A stretch of DNA of 64,000 bases from a bacterium (GCA_021836035.1 JAKBJL010000001.1:138142-202141); one strand, 5' to 3'. Shown: positions 9,587-19,013, counted from the first letter of the stretch. The notes: generated from the letters alone by a model not told the origin. Made by a program: numbers and translations.

Positions 9587-11251
9587 ATGAAAAACCTTTT
9601 CAACAACGGAAAGAGCTTGCTGTTCTTACGCCAGACCAACATTCTTTCCGCTGCCACGGTGATCGCCGCCGCGGTTCTTGCGGCCAAAATACTGGGTATC
9701 ATCCGCTATTGGCTGCTGGCAGTTTATATCCACCCTATCGCCGACCTGGATCTGTTTTTTGCTGCTTTCCGTATCCCCGACTTTATCTTTCAGGTCCTGG
9801 TCATGGGTACGCTTACGACCGCTTTTATCCCCGTCATTGCCGGTTTTTTAAGCTGCGGACAGCAGGAGAAAGCCTGGCGCGCCGCTTCTACCGTCATCAA
9901 CGCGGCTCTGGTTATTTTTGTCGTTTTAGCCAGCATCGCTTTTTTCTTCGCCCGCGATCTCTCCATTATTGTTGCTCCCGGTCTTTCCCAAAATCCCCAA
10001 AACCTTGTCGCGCTGACAAACCTCACAAGAATTATGCTTTCCGCCCAAATCTTCTTTATTCTTTCCAATTTCCTCTCCGCAATCATCCAATCCACCAAGC
10101 GTTTTCTCATCCCGGCCCTGGCCCCGGTCGCTTACAATTTCGGAATTATTATCGGCATCGTTCTGCTTTCTCCCTATATCGGCATTTACGGTCCCGCTTG
10201 GGGTGTCGTTTTGGGGACGCTTTTGCATTTTTTAATTCAGGTTCCCCTGATTAAGCATATCGGCCTGCGTTATGAGGCCAAAATCAACCTTGCCGACCCG
10301 GGGGTCCGCGAAATCGGCCGTCTCCTGGGACCGCGCACTTTTGGCCTGGCGGTAGCCCAAATCAGCTTTACCGTAGATACCGCCCTGGCCTCGCTCCTGG
10401 CTACCTCCTCGATTACTATTATTAATCTCTCCCAAGCGCTTCAGCAATTCCCGATCGGAATTTTCGGCGCGACGATCGCCCAGGCAGCTCTTCCTACTTT
10501 GTCTGAGGAACAAGCAAGGGAAAATCTGGACAATTTTAAAACCACCCTCCTGAACTCCTTTCATCAAATTCTCTTTCTGACGCTGCCGGCAACCGCCCTG
10601 ATTATCGTTTTGCGCATTCCCGTCGTGCGGTTGGCTTTCGGCGTCGGCAACAGCAATTTTCCCTGGCCCTTAACCGTTCTCACCGGCAAAACTTTGGCGG
10701 TTTTCGGCTTGGGCATTGTAGCCCAAAGCTTAGTCAATCTCCTGGTCCGCGCTTTTTATGCCCTAAGAGACAGCATCACTCCTGTCAAAATCGCCGTGGT
10801 CTCCTTCCTGGTCAATATCGTCTTAAGCCTGACGTTTATTGTTGTTTATAAACTTCCCGTCTGGGCGCTGGCTATCAGTTCCGTCAGCGGAGACCTGGTT
10901 TACTTTTTATTGCTTTTGGCCCTTCTTGATTACCGCCTGCATTTCAACCACCGCCAGCTCCTGTTCCCTGCCGTCAAAATGTTTTTGGCGGCCCTGGCCA
11001 CCGGGATCGCTCTTTATATTCCCATGAAGCTTTTGGACCAATTGGTTTTTGATACGACAAAAACCATCCCCTTAATTATGCTTACCGGTGTCGCCGGCGC
11101 CGTCGGCCTTTCCGTCTATCTTTTCCTTACCTGGCTTTTAGATATTCCGGAGCTTAAGGCTTTCCTGGGGCTAGTCCAGCGCCTGGGACAAATCCGGCAA
11201 ATTTTTACACCTCCGGCCGAAGTCTTGGAAGTGGTTGAAGAACATGGATAA
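9587..11251 (+). CDS. murJ: Lipid II flippase MurJ (MviN)
   Basis: KILGIIR, FFAAFRIPDFIF, AFIPV, QFPIGIFG, LVRAFYALRD..TPV; many TMs. ORF extends upstream to 9563. Confidence 0.95.
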   Translation: MKNLFNNGKSLLFLRQTNILSAATVIAAAVLAAKILGIIRYWLLAVYIHPIADLDLFFAAFRIPDFIFQVLVMGTLTTAFIPVIAGFLSCGQQEKAWRAASTVINAALVIFVVLASIAFFFARDLSIIVAPGLSQNPQNLVALTNLTRIMLSAQIFFILSNFLSAIIQSTKRFLIPALAPVAYNFGIIIGIVLLSPYIGIYGPAWGVVLGTLLHFLIQVPLIKHIGLRYEAKINLADPGVREIGRLLGPRTFGLAVAQISFTVDTALASLLATSSITIINLSQALQQFPIGIFGATIAQAALPTLSEEQARENLDNFKTTLLNSFHQILFLTLPATALIIVLRIPVVRLAFGVGNSNFPWPLTVLTGKTLAVFGLGIVAQSLVNLLVRAFYALRDSITPVKIAVVSFLVNIVLSLTFIVVYKLPVWALAISSVSGDLVYFLLLLALLDYRLHFNHRQLLFPAVKMFLAALATGIALYIPMKLLDQLVFDTTKTIPLIMLTGVAGAVGLSVYLFLTWLLDIPELKAFLGLVQRLGQIRQIFTPPAEVLEVVEEHG

Positions 11252-13211
11252 TCCTTCGACTGCGCTCAGGACGGGTCCTTCGACTTCGCTCAAGACAAGC
11301 CTTCCCCGGTCTCTTATCCGCAATTTTTGCATCATCGCCCATGTGGATCACGGCAAATCCACTCTGGCTGACCGCTTTTTAGAAATTACCGGATCGGTCA
11401 GCAAAAGCGGCCATGCTGAGCAACTTCTCGATAACCACCCAATCTCCCGCGCCCGCGGCATCACTATCCGCCTCGCCCCCGTTACCATGCATTATTCCTT
11501 AATTCGCAATTCGCAATTAGATAATTATCAATTAAATTTGATTGATACTCCCGGCCACGTCGATTTCAGTTATGAAGTGGAACGGACGCTTTCCGCCTGC
11601 GAAGGAGCGATTTTATTAGTTGACGCCACCCAGGGTATCCAAGCCCAGACCCTTTCCCATTTTCAGAAAGCGCAAAAGTTGGGATTAACTATTATTCCCG
11701 TGATCAACAAAATCGATATGCCTAACGCACGGACTGCTGAAACAGAGAAAGACTTACATGAATTATTCAATTCGCAACCCCGCAATAGCGAGGTTCCGAG
11801 TGAAAACGAGGGACTGGATAATTCGCAATTCCCAATTCTTAAGGTTTCTGCCAAGACCGGAGAGGGAGTGCAGGGCTTATTGGAAGAAGTGATTAGGAAA
11901 GTGCCGCCTCCGGCCGGTAATCCCGATGGTCCGGCGCGCGCTCTGGTTTTTTCTTCCCAATTTGCTGCCCAAAAAGGTGTGACCGCATTTGTCCGAGTCT
12001 TTGACGGCAAGTTAGAAGGCCGCGGAAAAATCCGTTTTTTGGCCGCCGGACTGGAAGCAGCTGTTTTAGACCTGGGCCACTTTTCCCCGGCCATGCTCCC
12101 CACGGAGGCCCTCGGAACCGGAGAAGTTGGTTACCTTACCACCAATCTTAAAGATCCGTCGCTCGTCCGTGTCGGCGATACCATCACCACGGAAAATTCG
12201 CAATTCGCAATCCCTCGACAAGCTCGGGATTATCCCGAGCGAAGCCGAAGGACAATTCACAATTCGCAATTGATTCCGTTACCCGGTTACCGCGAAATAA
12301 AGCCCATGGTTTTTATCAGTCTTTTCCCGGTCGACCAGAACGATTACGCGCTTTTGGAGGACGCCCTGGAAAAATTAAAACTCAACGATGCAGCGCTAGC
12401 TTTTTCTCCCATGGGCTCTAAAGTCTTAGGCCGCGGGTTCCGTGCCGGATTTTTAGGGCACCTTCATGCCGAAGTTTCCCGGGAACGGCTGGAAACCGAT
12501 TTCGGGCTGAATGTTCTCGCCACCACCCCCACCGTTGAATACCGAATTCGCAATTCGCAATCTCTCGACAAGCTCGGGATTATCCTGAGCGAAACCGAAG
12601 GACAATTTGCAATTCGCAACTATGAGGAACCTTGGGTTTTAGCTACCGTCATCCTCCCCCAAAATTATGTCGGCCCCATAATGTCCCTGAGCAAAGATCA
12701 CCGGGGAATTTTAAAGAATATGGTTTATCACGGCAATAATGTCACTCTAACTTACGAAATCCCGCTGGGGGAAATTATTACCGATTTTTTTGACGAGTTA
12801 AAGTCGCGCACTTCCGGTTACGGCAGTCTCGATTATGAATTTTTGGACTACCGTCCTTTCGATGCCGTTACCCTGGAAATTTTAATTAACCACGAGGCGG
12901 TCGATGCCTTTTCCCAAATTCTGCCAAAGGAAAAAGCGGAAAGCTACGGCCGTTTTTTGGTGGAGAGACTAAAAGAAGCTATCCCCCGCCAACAAATCCC
13001 CATTATCATTCAAGCAGCCATAGATAACCAGATTATTGCCCGCGCCGATATTGCCGCTTACCGCAAAGACGTAACGGCCAAACTTTACGGCGGGGACCGC
13101 ACCCGCCGGGATAAACTGCTGGAAGCGCAAAGAAAGGGCAAAAAGAAAATGCGGCAGATCGGCCGCGTGCAAATCCCCGGCGACACTTTCCTCAAAATCT
13201 TTAAAACCTAA
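11244..13211 (+). CDS. lepA: Elongation factor 4 (LepA) with five repeat-derived in-frame segments
   Basis: IRNFCIIAHVDHGKSTLADR, RGITI, LIDTPGHVDF, NKID, GFLGHLH, KDVTAKLYGGD. Confidence 0.97.
   Translation: MDNPSTALRTGPSTSLKTSLPRSLIRNFCIIAHVDHGKSTLADRFLEITGSVSKSGHAEQLLDNHPISRARGITIRLAPVTMHYSLIRNSQLDNYQLNLIDTPGHVDFSYEVERTLSACEGAILLVDATQGIQAQTLSHFQKAQKLGLTIIPVINKIDMPNARTAETEKDLHELFNSQPRNSEVPSENEGLDNSQFPILKVSAKTGEGVQGLLEEVIRKVPPPAGNPDGPARALVFSSQFAAQKGVTAFVRVFDGKLEGRGKIRFLAAGLEAAVLDLGHFSPAMLPTEALGTGEVGYLTTNLKDPSLVRVGDTITTENSQFAIPRQARDYPERSRRTIHNSQLIPLPGYREIKPMVFISLFPVDQNDYALLEDALEKLKLNDAALAFSPMGSKVLGRGFRAGFLGHLHAEVSRERLETDFGLNVLATTPTVEYRIRNSQSLDKLGIILSETEGQFAIRNYEEPWVLATVILPQNYVGPIMSLSKDHRGILKNMVYHGNNVTLTYEIPLGEIITDFFDELKSRTSGYGSLDYEFLDYRPFDAVTLEILINHEAVDAFSQILPKEKAESYGRFLVERLKEAIPRQQIPIIIQAAIDNQIIARADIAAYRKDVTAKLYGGDRTRRDKLLEAQRKGKKKMRQIGRVQIPGDTFLKIFKT
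11253..11296 (+). repeat. Two direct copies of a 20-bp REP-like unit at the lepA 5' end
   Basis: CCTTCGACTGCGCTCAGGAC (11253-11272) and CCTTCGACTTCGCTCAAGAC (11277-11296); read as PSTALRT and PSTSLKT. Confidence 0.85.
11490..11535 (+). repeat. AATTCGC heptamer array in lepA
   Basis: aattcgc-aattcgc-aattag; encodes LIRNSQL. Confidence 0.75.
11768..11838 (+). repeat. Degenerate heptamer + REP half-site insertion in lepA
   Basis: caattcgcaa...GTTCCGAGTGAAAACGAGGGA (11793-11813)...aattcgcaattcccaatt; resembles the right arm of the hairpin at 12232-12252. Confidence 0.65.
12195..12269 (+). mobile_element. 75-bp composite miniature element (heptamers + REP-like hairpin), copy A, in frame in lepA
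   Basis: AATTCGC x2 + TCCCTCGACAA-GCTCGGGAT-T-ATCCCGAGC-GAAGCCGAAGGA + heptamer x2; 70/75 identical to 12545-12619. Confidence 0.8.
12545..12619 (+). mobile_element. 75-bp composite miniature element, copy B, in frame in lepA (different reading frame)
   Basis: Exactly 350 bp downstream of copy A with 5 substitutions; read as IRNSQSLDKLGIILSETEGQFAIRN. Confidence 0.8.
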
Positions 13212-13252
13212 GCCGTTTCCTCTGTCTGCAGTTTTATGTTATTCTAGAAATA

Positions 13253-14113
13253 ATGCGGCGGTTGTTAATTTGTTCTTTATTTCTCGTCCTTAGCGGTTAC
13301 ATTATTAATTTAGCCAAAAATGATCATGTAGCATTAGCGGCAGAAAACCCCGGCCAATTCCGTTGTCTCTGGTACACATCCGGTTCGAGCTATTGTGGCA
13401 CGGACATAAACGGAAATTCCTGTCAGTCGGGATATAGTGAAGTTCCCCAAATTTGTCTGGAAATAAAAAACCCCTCGGAATGTGACTCCGCTTCCTTTGG
13501 TTGTGTAGAAAAAGCCGGACCCCGGTATAGTTGTAAAAAGAATCAGGGGTGTGTACAGGACCCAAACGGTTACGATAGTTTGACTTCTTGCCAAAATACC
13601 TGTAAAGAACTCGGGGCTGTTAAATGTCCTGAAGGGTGTACCACATATGGCTTGGGTAGCGTCTGCTATGCAGAACCATTAGATATACTTCTTCCGAAAC
13701 CCTGCGAGAGCACTCTCTGTATCCCCTCGGCCGGAGATAAATACACTCAGTATTACTATGATCAAAAAAGTAAGTTTTGTTACTCCGTCAGGCGTGATTT
13801 GAGTCCGGTTTTTCTTTGCGTCGAAGACGGTAGTTGCCAAACCGCTATCGGCACAATATTCGCCAGCCCCGAGGATTTGGTTAAAGTCATTATGCAACTA
13901 GTGATAGGGTTGGTCGGGGGCGTTGCGCTTCTAGTGCTAATTTTAACCGGTTATCAGCTAATGACCTCCTCCGGTGATCCGCAAAAATTAGCGGTTGCTA
14001 AAGAACTAATTGTTTCCGTTATAACCGGTATTCTCATGATCGTTTTTTCCATGGTATTATTACAGGCAATCGGAGTGGATATCTTAAAAATTCCCGCGCT
14101 GGTCGCGCCCTAA
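13253..14113 (+). CDS. Cys-rich exported domain fused to a TrbC/VirB2-like pilin
   Basis: Signal peptide, 19 Cys, then TAIG...GYQLMTSSGDPQKLAVAKE..I.G two-TM pilin signature. Confidence 0.8.
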   Translation: MRRLLICSLFLVLSGYIINLAKNDHVALAAENPGQFRCLWYTSGSSYCGTDINGNSCQSGYSEVPQICLEIKNPSECDSASFGCVEKAGPRYSCKKNQGCVQDPNGYDSLTSCQNTCKELGAVKCPEGCTTYGLGSVCYAEPLDILLPKPCESTLCIPSAGDKYTQYYYDQKSKFCYSVRRDLSPVFLCVEDGSCQTAIGTIFASPEDLVKVIMQLVIGLVGGVALLVLILTGYQLMTSSGDPQKLAVAKELIVSVITGILMIVFSMVLLQAIGVDILKIPALVAP

Positions 14114-14114
14114 A

Positions 14115-14465
14115 ATGAGATTCCCGGGTTTTAGAACCATCGAGCTGCCCAACGGCTTCCCTACCGGAGGCTTGAGTATTATTGCTACGATCATCGTCAA
14201 TTTAGTATTGCTAGCCCTGATTATTATCTTTATTCTCGCCTTTTCTTACCTGGTTATCGGCGGTCTTAAGTGGATTGCCTCCGGCGGCGACAAACAAGCC
14301 CTTGCTTCCGCCCGGTCTGCTATTACTTATGCTGTACTTGGACTTGTACTTGCGCTGGTTTCTTTTGCCATAATTAACTTTGTCTCCTGCTTTTTTGGCA
14401 TTTATCTTGGTTTAGGAGGTGGCTGTTGGTCTACTGCCCAAATTACCCATGGGCTTACTCCATAA
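14115..14465 (+). CDS. TrbC/VirB2-like pilin
   Basis: GGLKWIASGGDKQALASARSAITYAVLGL between two TMs. Confidence 0.85.
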   Translation: MRFPGFRTIELPNGFPTGGLSIIATIIVNLVLLALIIIFILAFSYLVIGGLKWIASGGDKQALASARSAITYAVLGLVLALVSFAIINFVSCFFGIYLGLGGGCWSTAQITHGLTP

Positions 14466-14484
14466 AACTATTATTAGTCACTTC

Positions 14485-14513
14485 TTGACAGCCTCCGAAA
14501 ATCATGCCATATT
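14485..14513 (+). promoter_or_regulatory. Sigma70-like promoter for probable major pilin
   Basis: TTGACA-17 bp-CATATT; strong SD AAGGGGGTGA before ATG 14575. Confidence 0.6.
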
Positions 14514-14574
14514 AAATATAGACGAGAAGCAGGGTCCAGTTATGCTACAACCATAAGTGGCGAAGGGGGTGAAT

Positions 14575-15003
14575 ATGAGAGATTTAAGAAAATTAATTAC
14601 TACCGCTACAATATTAGCCAGCGGCTTATATTTTGCTGCGCCCGTTTTTGCCCAAAATATAAATCTTTGCCCCACTAACGGTGGTAACCTATGCTCGCTC
14701 ACGATCCCTGCGGTTATTACCGGTCTTATCCAATTTGTTTTAATAGTCGCTTTCCTTCTGGCCTTTGCCTTTCTAGTCATGGGAGGCATTAGGTGGATTT
14801 TAAGCGGTGGCGATAAAGCAGGAACGGAAGCGGCCAAGGGGACTATCACTGCGGCTCTTATCGGCCTAATTGTTGTCCTGGTTGCTTGGGCTATTCTCAA
14901 TTTGGTTAAAACTTTCTTTGGCATTAATTTTGATCTCGGTTCATTGGCCATACCAACCATAACCAATCCGGCAACAAATCCTAACCACGGAATAACCCCA
15001 TAG
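14575..15003 (+). CDS. TrbC/VirB2-like pilin (probable major subunit)
   Basis: Signal peptide ending VFA, GGIRWILSGGDKAGTEAAKGTITAALIGL; own promoter, SD and terminator. Confidence 0.88.
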   Translation: MRDLRKLITTATILASGLYFAAPVFAQNINLCPTNGGNLCSLTIPAVITGLIQFVLIVAFLLAFAFLVMGGIRWILSGGDKAGTEAAKGTITAALIGLIVVLVAWAILNLVKTFFGINFDLGSLAIPTITNPATNPNHGITP

Positions 15004-15014
15004 GCCCGTTCGGT

Positions 15015-15047
15015 AAAAACCCGCCCGAATATCAAAGGCGGGTTTTT
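15015..15047 (+). terminator. Intrinsic terminator (bidirectional-type)
   Basis: AAAAACCCGCC-11 nt-GGCGGGTTTTT. Confidence 0.85.
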
Positions 15048-15066
15048 GGTGTGTTATACTAAAAAG

Positions 15067-15396
15067 GTGAACGGTTGTGATTGGAATGCATTAAAAGGTG
15101 GCGGAGGTACGGTTCCAACACTTCCCTGCCTAGCGGAGTTTTTTGTGCGGATTATCGGCGCCCTTTTTCTCTTTTTGGGAGCGGTAAGCTTGCTATTTTT
15201 ACTTTATGGTGCCGGGCGTTTCGTTATTTCTTCAGGGGATCCAAAGGCTATAGCCGGAGCCCGTAACACTATGACTTACGCTCTCCTTGGTCTTGTGCTT
15301 ATACTTATCTCCTTCGCCATTCTCCGTTTCGTCGGGGGTTTCCTGGGGCTTCCCGAAGATACCCTCTTAAACTTCAGGCTCTGGGTCGGTCCTTAA
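15067..15396 (+). CDS. TrbC/VirB2-like pilin
   Basis: GAGRFVISSGDPKAIAGARNTMTYALLGL; GTG start 6 nt after TATACT (the track start at 15046 lies inside the terminator). Confidence 0.82.
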   Translation: MNGCDWNALKGGGGTVPTLPCLAEFFVRIIGALFLFLGAVSLLFLLYGAGRFVISSGDPKAIAGARNTMTYALLGLVLILISFAILRFVGGFLGLPEDTLLNFRLWVGP

Positions 15397-15406
15397 TATA
15401 TTCTCC

Positions 15407-15435
15407 TTGACACCTACCGCTTCCTTAGCCATAAT
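15407..15435 (+). promoter_or_regulatory. Sigma70 promoter, leaderless arrangement
   Basis: TTGACA (15407-12)-17 bp-CATAAT (15430-35), 7 nt before ATG 15443. Confidence 0.75.
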
Positions 15436-15442
15436 GTAACTA

Positions 15443-17089
15443 ATGAAAAAACTGGGAACGGTCGCGATCCTGGTCCTGTCTTTTTTCTTTTTGACAGCTT
15501 CTTCTGTTTTGGCCCAAACCAACGCCCAACGAAGGACAACTTGCGTCCAGGCCTGTCCAGCCGGAAACGGGGCCGCAGCCTGTGTAGCTAATTGCTATCA
15601 ACTTTACCCCCAAAACCAGAATAATACGCCTATCGAAAACCGCGCTGCGGAAGGCCTTTGGCAGGGAACTCCTATTGATCCGACGCTCCCCCTTTATCAA
15701 AAACAGGTTGAGGAACAGCAGCAAAAAGGCGGTGCTTATGAATGGATGAGCCAGGTAACTTTTAACTATCTGGCTTTGGCGATCACTAATAAAATTGCCG
15801 GCAGCCCCGTGACCGGACCTAACGGCAACGTTACCGGTTATCGGGGGGGGGCGATTAATCTTTTTGCTTCCCTGACCGGAACAATGTATGCTAATAAGCC
15901 GGCTTCTACAGGACAATATGTCCAATATTTGGCGCAAAACGCCGGCTTTCCCAATCTTGTTCCGGTAGCTTACGCCCAAAGCGGCGGAATTGGTTTTCAA
16001 GGATTAAATCCGATCCTACAAATTTGGCAGGTGGTCCGTAATTTAGCTTACCTGGCTTTTGCCGTGATCTTTGTTATTATCGGTTTGATGATCATGCTCC
16101 GGGTGAAGATTGATCCCAAGACTGTAGTTTCCATCCAAAACGCCCTGCCGAAAATCTTTTTGTCCTTAATTTTAATTACTTTTTCCTACCCTATCGCCGG
16201 ATTTCTAATTGATTTAATGTATGTATTAATTGGCGTGATTATCAGTCTTTTTGCCGGCGCTTTCGGTTCTTTTGATGTCACGGGTTTTAGACAAAATATA
16301 CAATATAAAACCATTTTTGAGTTTGTCGGTACCAACCTTTTTATCATGCCATCTTTCCAGAGCGGAAAATCCATCAATGATATTATTGTCGCCTTAACCG
16401 GAAACATCCCCGGTGTTTCTAATCTTTTTGGTTTTGTCGGCGGGGTTATTGGCGGGCTCATAATCTCTCTTGCCATTCTTTACGCCCTTTTTAGAACCTG
16501 GTTGATGCTTCTGGGCGCTTATATCAATATTATTATCGGCGTGATCCTTTCGCCCCTGGCGATGCTTGCCGACGCTATTCCCGGCCAGAGCGGCTTTTCC
16601 GCCTGGCTTCGTTCCATGCTTTCTAATCTCTTGCAGTTCCCTCTGGTTATTACTTTGCTCCTTTTTGGCGGCGGTTTGGTTTCCATGTCTAACCAATTCC
16701 AGCCTTCTCAAAACCCGGGTGGACCTTTTGTTCCGCCACTTATCGGAGGCAGCGATCCCAATGCGATCCCCGCCCTTATCGGTATTGGTATACTACTGAT
16801 GATCCCGAAAGCGGGAGCCATGTTGCAAGAATGGTTAAAATCTCCGCCGTTTAAACACGGTATGGCCTGGGCCGAAGCAGTAGGCTGGGCTTATTCTCCG
16901 TACGCAGGGGGTCTATTAGGGCAACCAAGGGGTAGAGAGGCTGCTGCGCAAGCAGAACGCGGTGGTTTACCACGAGGAATTTGGGATCGTTTATCCCCCC
17001 TGCCCGGAGCTGCTGCCACTGCAGCTAGCGGAGCATTAGCCCGAAGAAGATCTCCCACTGGTGGTTCGCCTTCAGCTACTACACCTTAA
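15443..17089 (+). CDS. VirB6/TrbL-like polytopic membrane protein
   Basis: Signal peptide, IWQVVRNLAY, IQNALPKI..LILITFSY.IAGFLIDL, ILSPL, several TMs; directly after the pilin array. Confidence 0.7.
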   Translation: MKKLGTVAILVLSFFFLTASSVLAQTNAQRRTTCVQACPAGNGAAACVANCYQLYPQNQNNTPIENRAAEGLWQGTPIDPTLPLYQKQVEEQQQKGGAYEWMSQVTFNYLALAITNKIAGSPVTGPNGNVTGYRGGAINLFASLTGTMYANKPASTGQYVQYLAQNAGFPNLVPVAYAQSGGIGFQGLNPILQIWQVVRNLAYLAFAVIFVIIGLMIMLRVKIDPKTVVSIQNALPKIFLSLILITFSYPIAGFLIDLMYVLIGVIISLFAGAFGSFDVTGFRQNIQYKTIFEFVGTNLFIMPSFQSGKSINDIIVALTGNIPGVSNLFGFVGGVIGGLIISLAILYALFRTWLMLLGAYINIIIGVILSPLAMLADAIPGQSGFSAWLRSMLSNLLQFPLVITLLLFGGGLVSMSNQFQPSQNPGGPFVPPLIGGSDPNAIPALIGIGILLMIPKAGAMLQEWLKSPPFKHGMAWAEAVGWAYSPYAGGLLGQPRGREAAAQAERGGLPRGIWDRLSPLPGAAATAASGALARRRSPTGGSPSATTP

Positions 17090-17092
17090 ATT

Positions 17093-18958
17093 CTATTTCG
17101 GTTGAGCATACCTACCGAAATACATTTTAAGCACTTCGCTTTCGAGGACAACTGTTGAATTCCTGCTCAAAAAATTACCCTGTTTCATCGCTTGTAATAC
17201 CGCCCTTACTTGCTGATTCGTCCAATACGCCCGCTTATAAGGATTAATAGGATTATCCGGTACCGCCTCAGGAGAGCCACACCAAAAAACTCCTAGAATA
17301 TAATTGAAGCGCATTTTGTCTAAAGTAGCCTCTTGGAATTCTTTTAATGAAGCTCTTGTGTCGGGCATACCTGGCGGTACTCTTAAAAGGGTAGGGCAAA
17401 AAGCGGTAACCCGGTTAATCAGCTTATGCATAGAATCCCAATAACCCGGGTCAACCAGTTTTTTAAGATCCTGGCCTCTTTCTTTGAAGGTGCTGACAAT
17501 GGTGTTAGCAAAAGCTAAATCATAACCGAAATAGCCCGCATATTGGGTGGGTTCCAATTGCCAGAAAGGCATTTGTTTCCAAGTATAATCAGAAAGCCTC
17601 CGCGGTTGCCCAGCGTCTGCAACCTGCACTGAGCGGAAAAAGTCCCCGACTATCTCTGCCCTGGTCACATCAGCGGGGTTAAAAACAAAAACCGCCTTGG
17701 AAGTTTTATTTTTTTTCAAAATATCAATTCTCCTTTTGGCCATATCCTTCGCGCGGCCTTCCCGCGGCCAACCGCCGTAAGTGGCAATATTATCCTGTTC
17801 CGGTGCCGCCCAGTAAGCCCCGACAGTAATATCCGGTCCGGCCGGGTCGCCTTTCATAAAATCGTTGCGCCGCTTGTATTCAAAGTGCATAAGATCCCGA
17901 TCTTCACCGATGGTCGTATGTTGTTCCCTTTCTTTGTCCCACATAGACATGGTTAAATTGCAGGTTAAATAATCGCCAGCTAGTTCGGTAGCCCAGCGAG
18001 CTTGGAAACGGGTGTAATGGTCCTCGTCAACCAATTTATTCTCAATCTGTGCTTTAAAATAAGCCATATACGCGTCTGATTGAATCGCGTCTTTAAAGGA
18101 AATGGTTCCGCGATAAGGATCGGTATAGGCTTCCCCCGCCGCTTTCCATTCGTTCAAAGCGGCGCTAACAGGAATTTTTGCATCCGTGTTACTGACGAAA
18201 GGAAAAATTTCATCCAGATGGGTTATCGTCCAATGATCTTCGGGAGTAAGGTTGGTAAACTTAATCGTGGTTTGCGCTTGAACTTCCGGTGAAACCACCC
18301 CCATAACCGCCAGCGATCCTTTGGACGATTCAATTTCTACTTTGCGATTTCTGATGCGACACAAAGCCCAAAGGGTAGATTTCAATGCTTCCTGATATGG
18401 AACTTGGCGTTCATAACCGAGTCCGGCACCTCGAAACACAGTTACAAAGTTGAGTTTTAAATCTTCCGGCATCGCATCCAAGCCGTTGACTATTGAAGAT
18501 AGTTCTAAATTCTCAGAAATCCTCTCCTGAAATAGTTTACCGTTGATATTTTCGTATTGTTCAAAAACGGTGCCTAAAACCGCTTCCATCCAGCCGTCAA
18601 CACTATTCGGATCCTGCGGGCCTATTTCTAAACGATAGGGTGCCGCTACGGGGCGATTGGTAGCGGACCTGCCTGAAAAAGTCGTTCCTCCGGCAACCGG
18701 GCCCTTACCCTTTTTCATCAATTCATCGATATCGTCCAATTCCTCAGGTTTTAACTCCCCGCCGGACCCCACTATCTCACGAATATAGTTTCCCCAGGCA
18801 ATTTTAATATTAGGCAAGGTTGCCTTTTCCCGCGGGCGCGCAATTTCCTTACAAGGCGCTTCCTGTGATTTGCCCGTTTGTACTCCCGATAATATCTCAG
18901 GAGATCTGGTAGAGGCTCCTGCTTCCGGCGGCCGATATACTCCTTCTCCTTCTGCCAT
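17093..18958 (-). CDS. Hypothetical cytoplasmic protein (621 aa)
   Basis: Long ORF with extended -10 (TGATAAAAT) 6 nt upstream; no recognised motif. Confidence 0.75.
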   Translation of the reverse strand: MAEGEGVYRPPEAGASTRSPEILSGVQTGKSQEAPCKEIARPREKATLPNIKIAWGNYIREIVGSGGELKPEELDDIDELMKKGKGPVAGGTTFSGRSATNRPVAAPYRLEIGPQDPNSVDGWMEAVLGTVFEQYENINGKLFQERISENLELSSIVNGLDAMPEDLKLNFVTVFRGAGLGYERQVPYQEALKSTLWALCRIRNRKVEIESSKGSLAVMGVVSPEVQAQTTIKFTNLTPEDHWTITHLDEIFPFVSNTDAKIPVSAALNEWKAAGEAYTDPYRGTISFKDAIQSDAYMAYFKAQIENKLVDEDHYTRFQARWATELAGDYLTCNLTMSMWDKEREQHTTIGEDRDLMHFEYKRRNDFMKGDPAGPDITVGAYWAAPEQDNIATYGGWPREGRAKDMAKRRIDILKKNKTSKAVFVFNPADVTRAEIVGDFFRSVQVADAGQPRRLSDYTWKQMPFWQLEPTQYAGYFGYDLAFANTIVSTFKERGQDLKKLVDPGYWDSMHKLINRVTAFCPTLLRVPPGMPDTRASLKEFQEATLDKMRFNYILGVFWCGSPEAVPDNPINPYKRAYWTNQQVRAVLQAMKQGNFLSRNSTVVLESEVLKMYFGRYAQPK

Positions 18959-19013
18959 AAGCTGATTTTATCATACTTTTCCTCAATTTAGGAAAATATG
19001 GTATAAAATAGCC

